Shown one piece after another: positions 28,461 through 35,527 of a DNA stretch of 35,527 nt. The notes under the pieces are model-generated. The model did not search any database and was not told the DNA's origin. It worked only from the letters and a program-made list of their open reading frames with translations. Numbering within the stretch: the stretch's first letter is position 1; every line of letters begins with the position of its first letter. The DNA comes from a virus. Taxonomy: Duplodnaviria > Caudoviricetes. A program made the position numbers and the translations under genes. The stretch lies in IMG/VR virus record IMGVR_UViG_3300037991_005327, positions 1 to 35,527 of that record; one strand, 5' to 3'.

Positions 28461-28489
28461 AGCAAAGGGGCACCAGTCCCTTTGCTTTT
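28461..28489 (+). terminator. Intrinsic terminator after gp32
   Basis: AGCAAAGGGG-caccag-TCCCTTTGCT followed by TTT. Confidence 0.8.
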
Positions 28490-28506
28490 CATTAGAGGAG
28501 AAAACT

Positions 28507-29607
28507 ATGGCAAAACCTTTTGACGTAAGTAAATTCCGCAAGAGTATTACAAAGAGTGTACCTGGACTCAGTAGCGGATTCAGAGATCCTGACACATGGA
28601 TTTCAACAGGTAATTATACACTTAACAAACTAATCAGTGGTGACTTTCATAAAGGTGTTCCACTAGGAAAAGTAACAGTATTCGCTGGAGAATCGGGTGC
28701 TGGCAAAAGTTTTATTTGTTCTGGTAACTTGATTAGAGAAGCACAAAAGCAAGATATTTTTTGTATCTTGATTGATTCAGAAAATGCACTTGATGAAAAA
28801 TGGCTACAAGCATTAAATGTTGATACCAGCGATGACAAGTTATTGAAACTGAATGTAGCAATGATTGATGATGTTGCTAAAGTTATCAGTGATTTTACCA
28901 AAGATTACAAGAGTGAATATGCTGATAAAGATCCTGAAGAGCGACCAAAAGTGTTGTTTGTGATTGACTCATTGGGTATGATGTTGACACCCACAGATGT
29001 TGATCAGTTTACCAAAGGTGATATGAAAGGTGATATGGGTAGAAAACCCAAGGCACTTACTGCACTTGTAAGAAACTGTGTAAACATGTTTGGTGATTAT
29101 AACATTGGATTGGTAGCAACAAACCACACATATGCTTCGCAGGATATGTTTGATCCTGATGATAAAATATCAGGTGGACAAGGCTTTATCTATGCATCAA
29201 GTATTGTTGTTGCAATGCGAAAACTTAAATTAAAAGAAGATTTAGATGGTAATAAAGTAAGCACAGTACAAGGTATCAGAGCCGCCTGTAAGGTTATGAA
29301 AACTCGATTTGCTAAACCTTTTGAAAGTGTGCAAATTAAGATTCCATATGAAACTGGTATGAATCCATACAGTGGTTTTGTTGAGTTATGTGAATCCATT
29401 GGACTTCTTACTAAAACTGGTAATAAATTAGCCTACACAAGTCCTGTAACTGGAGAAGTTCATAGTTATTTCAGAAAACAATGGACAGAAGATAAATTAC
29501 AGTTAATAATGGACGAATGGGGCACAAAAGATTTACCTGAACCTGAATCAAATGAAGAGCCATTACAGGAGATACCAGTAGATGAGATTATCGACGAGCG
29601 AGAGTGA
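28507..29607 (+). CDS. uvsX: RecA-like recombinase UvsX
   Basis: WISTGNYTLN, Walker A GESGAGKS, IDSENA, VIDSLG, NHTY, SGG. Confidence 0.95.
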   Translation: MAKPFDVSKFRKSITKSVPGLSSGFRDPDTWISTGNYTLNKLISGDFHKGVPLGKVTVFAGESGAGKSFICSGNLIREAQKQDIFCILIDSENALDEKWLQALNVDTSDDKLLKLNVAMIDDVAKVISDFTKDYKSEYADKDPEERPKVLFVIDSLGMMLTPTDVDQFTKGDMKGDMGRKPKALTALVRNCVNMFGDYNIGLVATNHTYASQDMFDPDDKISGGQGFIYASSIVVAMRKLKLKEDLDGNKVSTVQGIRAACKVMKTRFAKPFESVQIKIPYETGMNPYSGFVELCESIGLLTKTGNKLAYTSPVTGEVHSYFRKQWTEDKLQLIMDEWGTKDLPEPESNEEPLQEIPVDEIIDERE

Positions 29608-29842
29608 ACTATTAGTTGAAGTTTGGAGTTCACTGAAACAACATATCGAACGTAAAAACAGAAACGATGCCGCGGAAGGTTTTGTACAAACATTACTGAA
29701 TAGCGGATTGGATATGGAAAATGTGTACGAAGAATTTTATGGACTAGATAACTATCTTGATCGTGCATTAAATCTTCATGCAGAGTTCGAGGAAACAGAG
29801 GACGACGAAGAAGAATGGCTCGACGAAGAATTTGATGAGTAG
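29582..29842 (+). CDS. Small acidic hypothetical protein
   Basis: Lies between uvsX and uvsY and overlaps both; AGGAG upstream. Confidence 0.7.
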   Translation: MRLSTSESELLVEVWSSLKQHIERKNRNDAAEGFVQTLLNSGLDMENVYEEFYGLDNYLDRALNLHAEFEETEDDEEEWLDEEFDE

Positions 29843-30293
29843 TTGGTTTAACACACTCACAAAAGATCTAAGCAAGTTACCCGATGCAATAGATTGGTAC
29901 AATACTGAGCTTGATGGTGCTAGACCTGAATGCAGTCTTAAGGGTAATTTAGAACGTAACAGTAGAGAAATTCCAGGTATTGTTGAACACAGATTCAATC
30001 AACTGCAAGAAGTTGAAGCAATTCTGGAGTTTCTCAACATTGAATTACGTAAGTTAAGAAGCAAAAAGTTTCGCAAATACATGGAAAATTACAACAGATC
30101 ATTGAGCAGTAGAGATGCTGAAAAGTTTGCTGATGGTGATTCTGATGTGATTGATCTACAACATCTAGTCAATGAATTTGCACTTGTTCGCAACAAGTAT
30201 ATGGGTCTAATCAAAGCACTAGATGCCAAGCAATTTCAACTTAATAATATCACAAAAATTAGAGCGGCCGGACTAGAAGATGTAACTCTTTAA
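29835..30293 (+). CDS. uvsY: Recombination mediator UvsY
   Basis: Helical; YNRSLSSRDAEKFADGD, KQFQLNNITKIRAAGLED. Start placed at MSSW (29835). Confidence 0.85.
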   Translation: MSSWFNTLTKDLSKLPDAIDWYNTELDGARPECSLKGNLERNSREIPGIVEHRFNQLQEVEAILEFLNIELRKLRSKKFRKYMENYNRSLSSRDAEKFADGDSDVIDLQHLVNEFALVRNKYMGLIKALDAKQFQLNNITKIRAAGLEDVTL

Positions 30294-30301
30294 AAAAGAG
30301 G

Positions 30302-30330
30302 TTGACCATTACACCAAGATGTCTTATACT
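30302..30330 (+). promoter_or_regulatory. Sigma70-type early promoter
   Basis: TTGACC-17 nt-TATACT with an A-tract upstream. Confidence 0.85.
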
Positions 30331-30360
30331 ATATGTATAGTTAGAAAAAAAGAGGTCGTA

Positions 30361-30708
30361 ATGAACAAATATAAACTTTTCCAAATACATCTTACAGATG
30401 CTGAATACAACAAAGTAAATGCTGAAGGGCATGATTCTGTTGAAAAACACATGACAAAATTAGACATGTCATTCAGTGATGATCCAGGTGCTCTTGCCAA
30501 AAAAGCATTTGACAATGCTTGGTACACACATGTATCAAACATAACTGCTGACAGCATTGAAAAAGTGTTTGAAGTTGGCAACATTGGTCCAGAAGAAAAC
30601 ATTGAGCGACTTGCTCCTATGTTCTCTGTTAGTGTTGGTGATGTAGTTGAAGATCCATCAGGCAAACAGTTTGTTTGTGCTAGTTTTGGTTGGAAGGCAG
30701 TTGCTTAA
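30361..30708 (+). CDS. YodL-like domain protein
   Basis: YKLFQI N-terminus, VFEVGN, SVSVGDVV, FVCASFGW; GAGG RBS before ATG 30361. Confidence 0.6.
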   Translation: MNKYKLFQIHLTDAEYNKVNAEGHDSVEKHMTKLDMSFSDDPGALAKKAFDNAWYTHVSNITADSIEKVFEVGNIGPEENIERLAPMFSVSVGDVVEDPSGKQFVCASFGWKAVA

Positions 30709-30891
30709 ATGAAAGTTAAATTTGTCAATAAAGGTTATGGAACCGATGATGGTTTCAAAGAAGTTGAAGTTGTTAAGACAGAACTTTCAGTATTTGGGTG
30801 GCCACAACTTATTATAAAAAATCCATGGTGGACCGGTGATACACTGGTTTGCCAATGGGAAAATAATGAGTGGGTATGCGATTTAGATTAA
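30709..30891 (+). CDS. Small hypothetical early protein
   Basis: Starts immediately after the upstream stop; 60 aa, Trp-rich. Confidence 0.7.
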   Translation: MKVKFVNKGYGTDDGFKEVEVVKTELSVFGWPQLIIKNPWWTGDTLVCQWENNEWVCDLD

Positions 30892-30899
30892 TAAAAAGG

Positions 30900-30931
30900 T
30901 TGACATCTAAAGCAAGATGTCTTACTATAAT
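30900..30931 (+). promoter_or_regulatory. Sigma70-type early promoter
   Basis: TTGACA-17 nt-TACTAT(AAT). Confidence 0.85.
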
Positions 30932-30954
30932 AGTATAACAAAAGAAAGACTATT

Positions 30955-31170
30955 ATGATAGAAACAAAATTAACATTTACATACGTTACACCACTTCAAG
31001 GAAGACGTAAAACTTATACACTTAGAACAGTAGGTCAAACCAAAAAGGCTTCTAAGGAAAAAGTGATGCAAATGTTTATGAAGGAAAAAGGTCCGTTGGG
31101 TATGAAGGACAGAATGGGTTGCATTGACTCAATTAGTTTTAGAAAAGTAAAAGATTGCTGGGATATATAA
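30955..31170 (+). CDS. Small basic hypothetical early protein
   Basis: First ORF after the promoter; 71 aa. Confidence 0.7.
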   Translation: MIETKLTFTYVTPLQGRRKTYTLRTVGQTKKASKEKVMQMFMKEKGPLGMKDRMGCIDSISFRKVKDCWDI

Positions 31171-31344
31171 ATGACAGAGCTATTACAAGATATCAATAAC
31201 TTAGAATTGTTGTTAGAAAAACTAGATCAAGGCGATCAAATACAAGTCTTAGAAGTCGTGCATAAAATGATTTCAGATAAAAGAGCTGAATTTGAAAAAG
31301 CTGAACAACAGATGGAGCAAGAAGCAAATGACGTTTGTGGGTAA
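31171..31344 (+). CDS. Small coiled-coil hypothetical protein (57 aa, not in the ORF track)
   Basis: ATG directly after TAA; reads MTELLQDINNLELLLEKLDQGDQIQVLEVVHKMISDKRAEFEKAEQQMEQEANDVCG*. Confidence 0.75.
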   Translation: MTELLQDINNLELLLEKLDQGDQIQVLEVVHKMISDKRAEFEKAEQQMEQEANDVCG

Positions 31345-32068
31345 ACAAAAACCAACATACAATCTAGAGATTGTTATGCAATATGCGGTTGCAGTAACTG
31401 ACTATCAAGGTTTTATCAGCAGTGGTAATGGTTGGTATGATCATGAAACTGAAAGTCGTCATCATGATAACAAAACTGTTATTGGCTTTATGTTAGATGG
31501 AAATAAAGCCAAAGACCAACATGCGAAAGCCTGTTTGGAACTGATTGAAAATAATTTTACATCAATCAATGATCGTGCAAAAGAAATCATTGAACATTTT
31601 CAGCAGAGTTTGACTTTCAAAAAACTTAGCTCTACTCTTAATGGATTTGAAGAAAGAGTTGCATCATTCATAATGAATGATAAGGTGGACAGGTTTGGCG
31701 TAAGTGTTATTGCTAGTCTGCCAAAAAGTTATGGTGTAGATCAAAAACGTGAAGAGTTTTCAGATCTTATGGCCAAGTACAAACGTACTAGTGAATATGT
31801 GGGTAAAATTAGTAGCCGAGTTTCATTGGATCTTAATGTGATTGATATCAAATATCTACGAAACTTTGGTAACTTTATTGTAACCACAGTATATGATGAT
31901 AAACATATTGTTAAGTTTTTCTGGAACAAAGATCCAGACTTAACCAAAGTAATGGATGGTAAAACTATTAGTATTACCGCTCGTGTTAAAGGACATGAAA
32001 TTAGCAAATACACTAATTGTAAAGAAACAATGTTAAATTATATGAAAATAGAGGAAATAAAAGGTTGA
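31328..32068 (+). CDS. Hypothetical protein, possible C-terminal OB-fold
   Basis: GGAG at 31314-31317 supports ATG 31328. C-terminal beta-rich YVGKI...ISITARVKGH...ETMLNYMKI. Confidence 0.7.
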   Translation: MTFVGKQKPTYNLEIVMQYAVAVTDYQGFISSGNGWYDHETESRHHDNKTVIGFMLDGNKAKDQHAKACLELIENNFTSINDRAKEIIEHFQQSLTFKKLSSTLNGFEERVASFIMNDKVDRFGVSVIASLPKSYGVDQKREEFSDLMAKYKRTSEYVGKISSRVSLDLNVIDIKYLRNFGNFIVTTVYDDKHIVKFFWNKDPDLTKVMDGKTISITARVKGHEISKYTNCKETMLNYMKIEEIKG

Positions 32069-32096
32069 CCTTTTATGCACCCTGTCGTATTATAAT
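32065..32096 (+). promoter_or_regulatory. Sigma70-type early promoter
   Basis: TTGACC-17 nt-TATTAT(AAT). Confidence 0.85.
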
Positions 32097-32133
32097 AGTG
32101 TAGGTAACAAAAACAAGTCAAGGAGTGAGACAC

Positions 32134-32973
32134 ATGGCTACTAAATTAAAAATTTCCAAAAATACAAAAGTAACTGTCAAGAAGGCTGAGAAAGTCGAGA
32201 CAGATGCTCAAGTGATCAAACGTTTACGTGAACGATTTGATATTTTGAATGACATGACACAAGCATCAGTTGATGGTGTTGTACGAGGTATGGTTGTTAC
32301 TGGACCTCCAGGTGTTGGTAAGTCATTTGGTGTTGAGCAGGTGCTTAACGAAAACAGAATGTTTGATAAGATGGCTGGTAAGCGAGATCGTTTCCAAGTT
32401 ATCAAAGGTGCTTCAAGTGCCATTGGTTTGTACAAAGTTCTTTATGAAAACTCAGACAAAGGGTCTGTGTTGGTTATGGATGACTGTGATACAGTATTAC
32501 ATGATGAAACATCATTGAACTTGCTTAAGGCCGCACTTGATAGTGGTGCCAAGAGAATGTTGAGCTGGAACACAGATAGTGCTCTGCTAAGACGTGAAGG
32601 TATTCCTGATAGGTTTGAATTTAAAGGTTCAGTTATCTTTATTACAAACTTGAAGTTCGAAGGTACACGAGGTAAACTTAAAGATCACCTAGATGCTATT
32701 ATGTCCAGGTGTCACTATTTGGATCTTACACTTGATACTATGAGGGACAAGTTCCTAAGGTGTAAGCAGTTGGTTAAAGATGGTATGCTTAATAGCTACA
32801 AGTTCGAAAAGGGGCAGGAAACTGCACTAATGAATTACATGGATGCAAACAAAGAAAACTTGAGAGAAGTTAGTTTGCGAATGGTAACAAAGATTGCTGA
32901 TCTTATGAAGCATCAACCCAAGGGCTGGAAAAGGTACGTTGAGGTTACATGCATGAAGAGAAAGGTCAGCTAA
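32134..32973 (+). CDS. AAA+ ATPase
   Basis: Walker A GPPGVGKS, Walker B LVMDDCD, sensor IFITN, SRC arginine finger; AGGAG RBS supports ATG 32134. Confidence 0.9.
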   Translation: MATKLKISKNTKVTVKKAEKVETDAQVIKRLRERFDILNDMTQASVDGVVRGMVVTGPPGVGKSFGVEQVLNENRMFDKMAGKRDRFQVIKGASSAIGLYKVLYENSDKGSVLVMDDCDTVLHDETSLNLLKAALDSGAKRMLSWNTDSALLRREGIPDRFEFKGSVIFITNLKFEGTRGKLKDHLDAIMSRCHYLDLTLDTMRDKFLRCKQLVKDGMLNSYKFEKGQETALMNYMDANKENLREVSLRMVTKIADLMKHQPKGWKRYVEVTCMKRKVS

Positions 32974-32978
32974 GAGTC

Positions 32979-33054
32979 ACGGTCCAACCTACGCCCTCTC
33001 TCACTCCAATGGACCGTAGAGGAGAAGTCAACAAACGGCTTCTCCTCACCTTTT
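32979..33054 (+). terminator. Tandem hairpins: regulatory stem-loop plus intrinsic terminator
   Basis: ACGGTCCA/TGGACCGT (32979-33017), then GAGGAGAAGTC/GGCTTCTCCTC (33019-33047) followed by accTTTT. Confidence 0.75.
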
Positions 33055-33060
33055 ATGCAG

Positions 33061-33089
33061 TTGACAAAATCCAAAAAATAGGCTATAAT
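33061..33089 (+). promoter_or_regulatory. Perfect-consensus sigma70 promoter for uvsW
   Basis: TTGACA-17 nt-TATAAT. Confidence 0.9.
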
Positions 33090-33096
33090 CATAAAC

Positions 33097-34548
33097 ATGA
33101 AGTGTAAAATTGTACTCAAAGATGAAGTGAATTGCAAGGTAGAAGGACTAGCAACCAGCACTAGAAGAAAGTGTATGGACAAGCTCAAGTTCTTTTTGCC
33201 TTATGCATATCACGTGCCAGCATACAAACTGGGTCGCTGGGATGGTACTGTACAGTTTTTTAGTATGGGTGGTAGCACCTATATAAATTTACTAGACGAA
33301 GTACTGCCTATACTTGAAGCAGATGGTTACGAAATAGAACTGGATGATCACAGACAGCATGTGGACTTTGCCACAGAAGCCGTAGACGAAAACACATATA
33401 CAAATCTAACTTGGCCCAAAGGTCATCCGGTAGAAGGCGAACCCATTGTGCTACGTGACTATCAGGTTGATATTATCAATCAGTTTTTAGATACACCACA
33501 ATGTGTTCAAGAGATAGCCACAGGTGCAGGCAAAACATTAATTACGGCCGCACTCAGTGAACGAGTAGAACAGTATGGTCGTACTGTGGTGATAGTACCC
33601 AACAAAGATTTGGTTCGTCAAACTGCTGAAGACTATGAAAACATGGGATTAGATGTTGGTGTTTACTTTGGTGACAAAAAAGAAATGAACAAAACACACA
33701 CCATATGCACATGGCAGAGTTTGAACACAATGGAAAAACGTTTTAGAGATGGGTTAAGTGAAACCAGTTTAAATGAGTTTTTGCAAGGTGTTGTTTGTGT
33801 TATGGTAGACGAAGTGCATCAAGCAAAAGCAGATGTATTAAAGAAACTGTTAACAGGTCCATTCAGTAATGTGCCATTACGTTGGGGACTAACAGGCACA
33901 ATACCCAAAGAGCAACACGAGTTCTTTGGCATACGTGCTGGACTAGGACAGGTTATTAACAAACTGTCAGCACATGAATTACAAGAAGAAGGCGTACTTG
34001 CAGAATGTAACATTGATGTTATACAGATGCAGGATACAGCCGAATTTCCAAACTATCAAAGTGAGCTTTCATATTTGGTAACTGATCAAAAGAGGCTAAA
34101 TTATATTAGTGGCCTTATAGATGAAATGAGCAAGAATGGTAATACATTGGTGCTTGTTGATCGTATTAAGTGTGGTGACAAACTACAGGAACTGCTACCA
34201 AATGCAACCTTTGTGAAAGGAGCAATGAAAAGTGCAGACAGAAAAGACACATATACAGAAATTAACGAATCTACGAACATGGTTGTTATTGCAACTTATG
34301 GAGTTGCCGCGGTGGGAATCAATATTCCTCGCATTTTTAATCTTGTTCTTATTGAGCCTGGTAAATCTTTTGTAAGAGTTATACAGAGCATAGGTCGTGG
34401 CATACGTAAAGCCAAGGACAAAGACCATATACAAATTTGGGATATAACATCAAGTTGTAAGTTTAGCAAAAGGCATCTTACTCAACGTAAGAAGTTTTAT
34501 AGGGAGGCACATTACCCTTTTTCAGTGCAGAAAGTCGATTACATATGA
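33097..34548 (+). CDS. uvsW: SF2 DNA helicase UvsW
   Basis: WDG, LRDYQ, ATGAGKT, DEVH, GLTGT, QSIGRGIRK, HLTQRKKFY. Confidence 0.93.
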   Translation: MKCKIVLKDEVNCKVEGLATSTRRKCMDKLKFFLPYAYHVPAYKLGRWDGTVQFFSMGGSTYINLLDEVLPILEADGYEIELDDHRQHVDFATEAVDENTYTNLTWPKGHPVEGEPIVLRDYQVDIINQFLDTPQCVQEIATGAGKTLITAALSERVEQYGRTVVIVPNKDLVRQTAEDYENMGLDVGVYFGDKKEMNKTHTICTWQSLNTMEKRFRDGLSETSLNEFLQGVVCVMVDEVHQAKADVLKKLLTGPFSNVPLRWGLTGTIPKEQHEFFGIRAGLGQVINKLSAHELQEEGVLAECNIDVIQMQDTAEFPNYQSELSYLVTDQKRLNYISGLIDEMSKNGNTLVLVDRIKCGDKLQELLPNATFVKGAMKSADRKDTYTEINESTNMVVIATYGVAAVGINIPRIFNLVLIEPGKSFVRVIQSIGRGIRKAKDKDHIQIWDITSSCKFSKRHLTQRKKFYREAHYPFSVQKVDYI

Positions 34549-35045
34549 AAATACTAACCATAGAAAATGAAGGATACGAGCTGGATCATATACCAGAACA
34601 GATAGATGATTTTCGCTATTGTGTTTTAGATTACACAAATCCAGCACAAGCAGATTATATTTTTGTGCCACTTGTGTTTTTAGAAAGTTTTAATGCTCCT
34701 GCAATCACACTCAAAATTGGTGGACACAGTCTAATGATGCCAGTGGATTGGAGCATTGTGATAGCAGATCCAGACATGGGCGATCCAGAAGTAATGCAAC
34801 TCACAAGCATCAATGATAGAGGCTTTACTGCATTTTCAATGAATCCTATGGCAGGTTATATGGCAGAGTATTTGGATATAGAATTTACAGGTGTATTCCA
34901 AGACATGAAATGGTATTTCCCAAAACTTAAATATGGACATATACTAGCAGTACCAGTGGAAGATAAGAAAAAACCTCGTTGTGCTTTCTTTGTGAAAGAT
35001 GCAAACAAGGTTCCTGAGGTACTTGACATAAACAAATTGGTGTAA
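34545..35045 (+). CDS. Hypothetical protein coupled to uvsW
   Basis: ATGA overlap with the uvsW stop; 166 aa. Confidence 0.8.
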   Translation: MKILTIENEGYELDHIPEQIDDFRYCVLDYTNPAQADYIFVPLVFLESFNAPAITLKIGGHSLMMPVDWSIVIADPDMGDPEVMQLTSINDRGFTAFSMNPMAGYMAEYLDIEFTGVFQDMKWYFPKLKYGHILAVPVEDKKKPRCAFFVKDANKVPEVLDINKLV

Positions 35046-35049
35046 TATA

Positions 35050-35283
35050 ATGGATGATATGCAAGAAGAAGATGAACACATTTTAAAGATCTCAATTGAG
35101 ACAATGGATATGTGTACCAAATTTTTAGAAGATGGTGCACCACCCATGGCAATAGCAGGTGTATTAATGGCAACTGCATCACGTATGTATCAAGATGCAC
35201 TATCGCCACATGAATGGGAAATGCTATTGGATTCAGTTAAAGAAACAACCACATGGGGTAAACACAAAGGTACAATGCACTAA
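35050..35283 (+). CDS. Small hypothetical protein
   Basis: 77 aa, tightly packed in the operon. Confidence 0.7.
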   Translation: MDDMQEEDEHILKISIETMDMCTKFLEDGAPPMAIAGVLMATASRMYQDALSPHEWEMLLDSVKETTTWGKHKGTMH

Positions 35284-35527
35284 TGGCAGACATGAGCATA
35301 CAAAATGAAATGAGAGTGCTGGACACCAGAGATACTTCATGGTTTCCAAGTCTTAATGATGAAGAACTTAAAAAGCTCAGTATATTTGTATTGCAACGTT
35401 GGATGAGTGCTTTGCAGAGCAGTGATGTAGGTTTACAAGAACACTATTTAGAATATGTAAATGAATTCAGCAACAGGCACTATAACACAATTCGTCATTA
35501 TCCTGAACTGCAAATACGACTGCTTCA
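35283..35527 (+). CDS. 5' part of a protein, possibly clamp-loader small subunit (gp62-like); runs off the window
   Basis: TAATG overlap; reads MADMSIQNEMRVLD...IFVLQRWMS...EYVNEFSN...HYPELQ. The 'RxxS...NExxN' pattern resembles gp62. Confidence 0.45.
   Translation, partial: MADMSIQNEMRVLDTRDTSWFPSLNDEELKKLSIFVLQRWMSALQSSDVGLQEHYLEYVNEFSNRHYNTIRHYPELQIRLL

Noticed and set aside
32970-33188. 72-aa minus-strand ORF over the hairpins
   Set aside because: Overlaps uvsW, its promoter and the terminator; no expression signals.
1-35527. CRISPR array, tRNA, DGR template/variable repeat, invertible segment, stop-codon recoding
   Set aside because: No regularly spaced DNA repeats, cloverleafs, reverse transcriptase or recombinase seen; genes are intact under the standard code and all three stop codons are used.

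Overview
The window is 35.5 kb of an AT-rich, T4-like (myovirus) phage genome resembling uncultured aquatic T4-like phages. From left to right: (1) three modular tail-fibre-like genes, the last with a peptidase S74 chaperone; (2) a small Ser/Thr-rich protein, a helical protein and two glycosyltransferases; (3) an inverted NUDIX-gp15-gp14-ORF block; (4) gp13, sheath gp18, tube gp19, a tube/baseplate paralogue and gp4; (5) a cluster of probable internal head proteins and large terminase gp17; (6) the recombination/replication module gp32-uvsX-uvsY-small early genes-AAA ATPase-uvsW. Two promoter classes are clear: sigma70-type TTGAC-17-TA(T/C)nnT and late-type TAAATA. The most notable observations are apparent genome-wide avoidance of GCWGC (every Ala-Ala pair I checked is GCSGC), a 3'UTR hairpin loop complementary to the RBS of its own AAA gene, late promoters spaced exactly 5 nt from ATG (likely leaderless mRNAs), and a metalloprotease and a nuclease-like protein with capsid-targeting-like N-termini. 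All calls come from reading motifs by eye; no searches were run.
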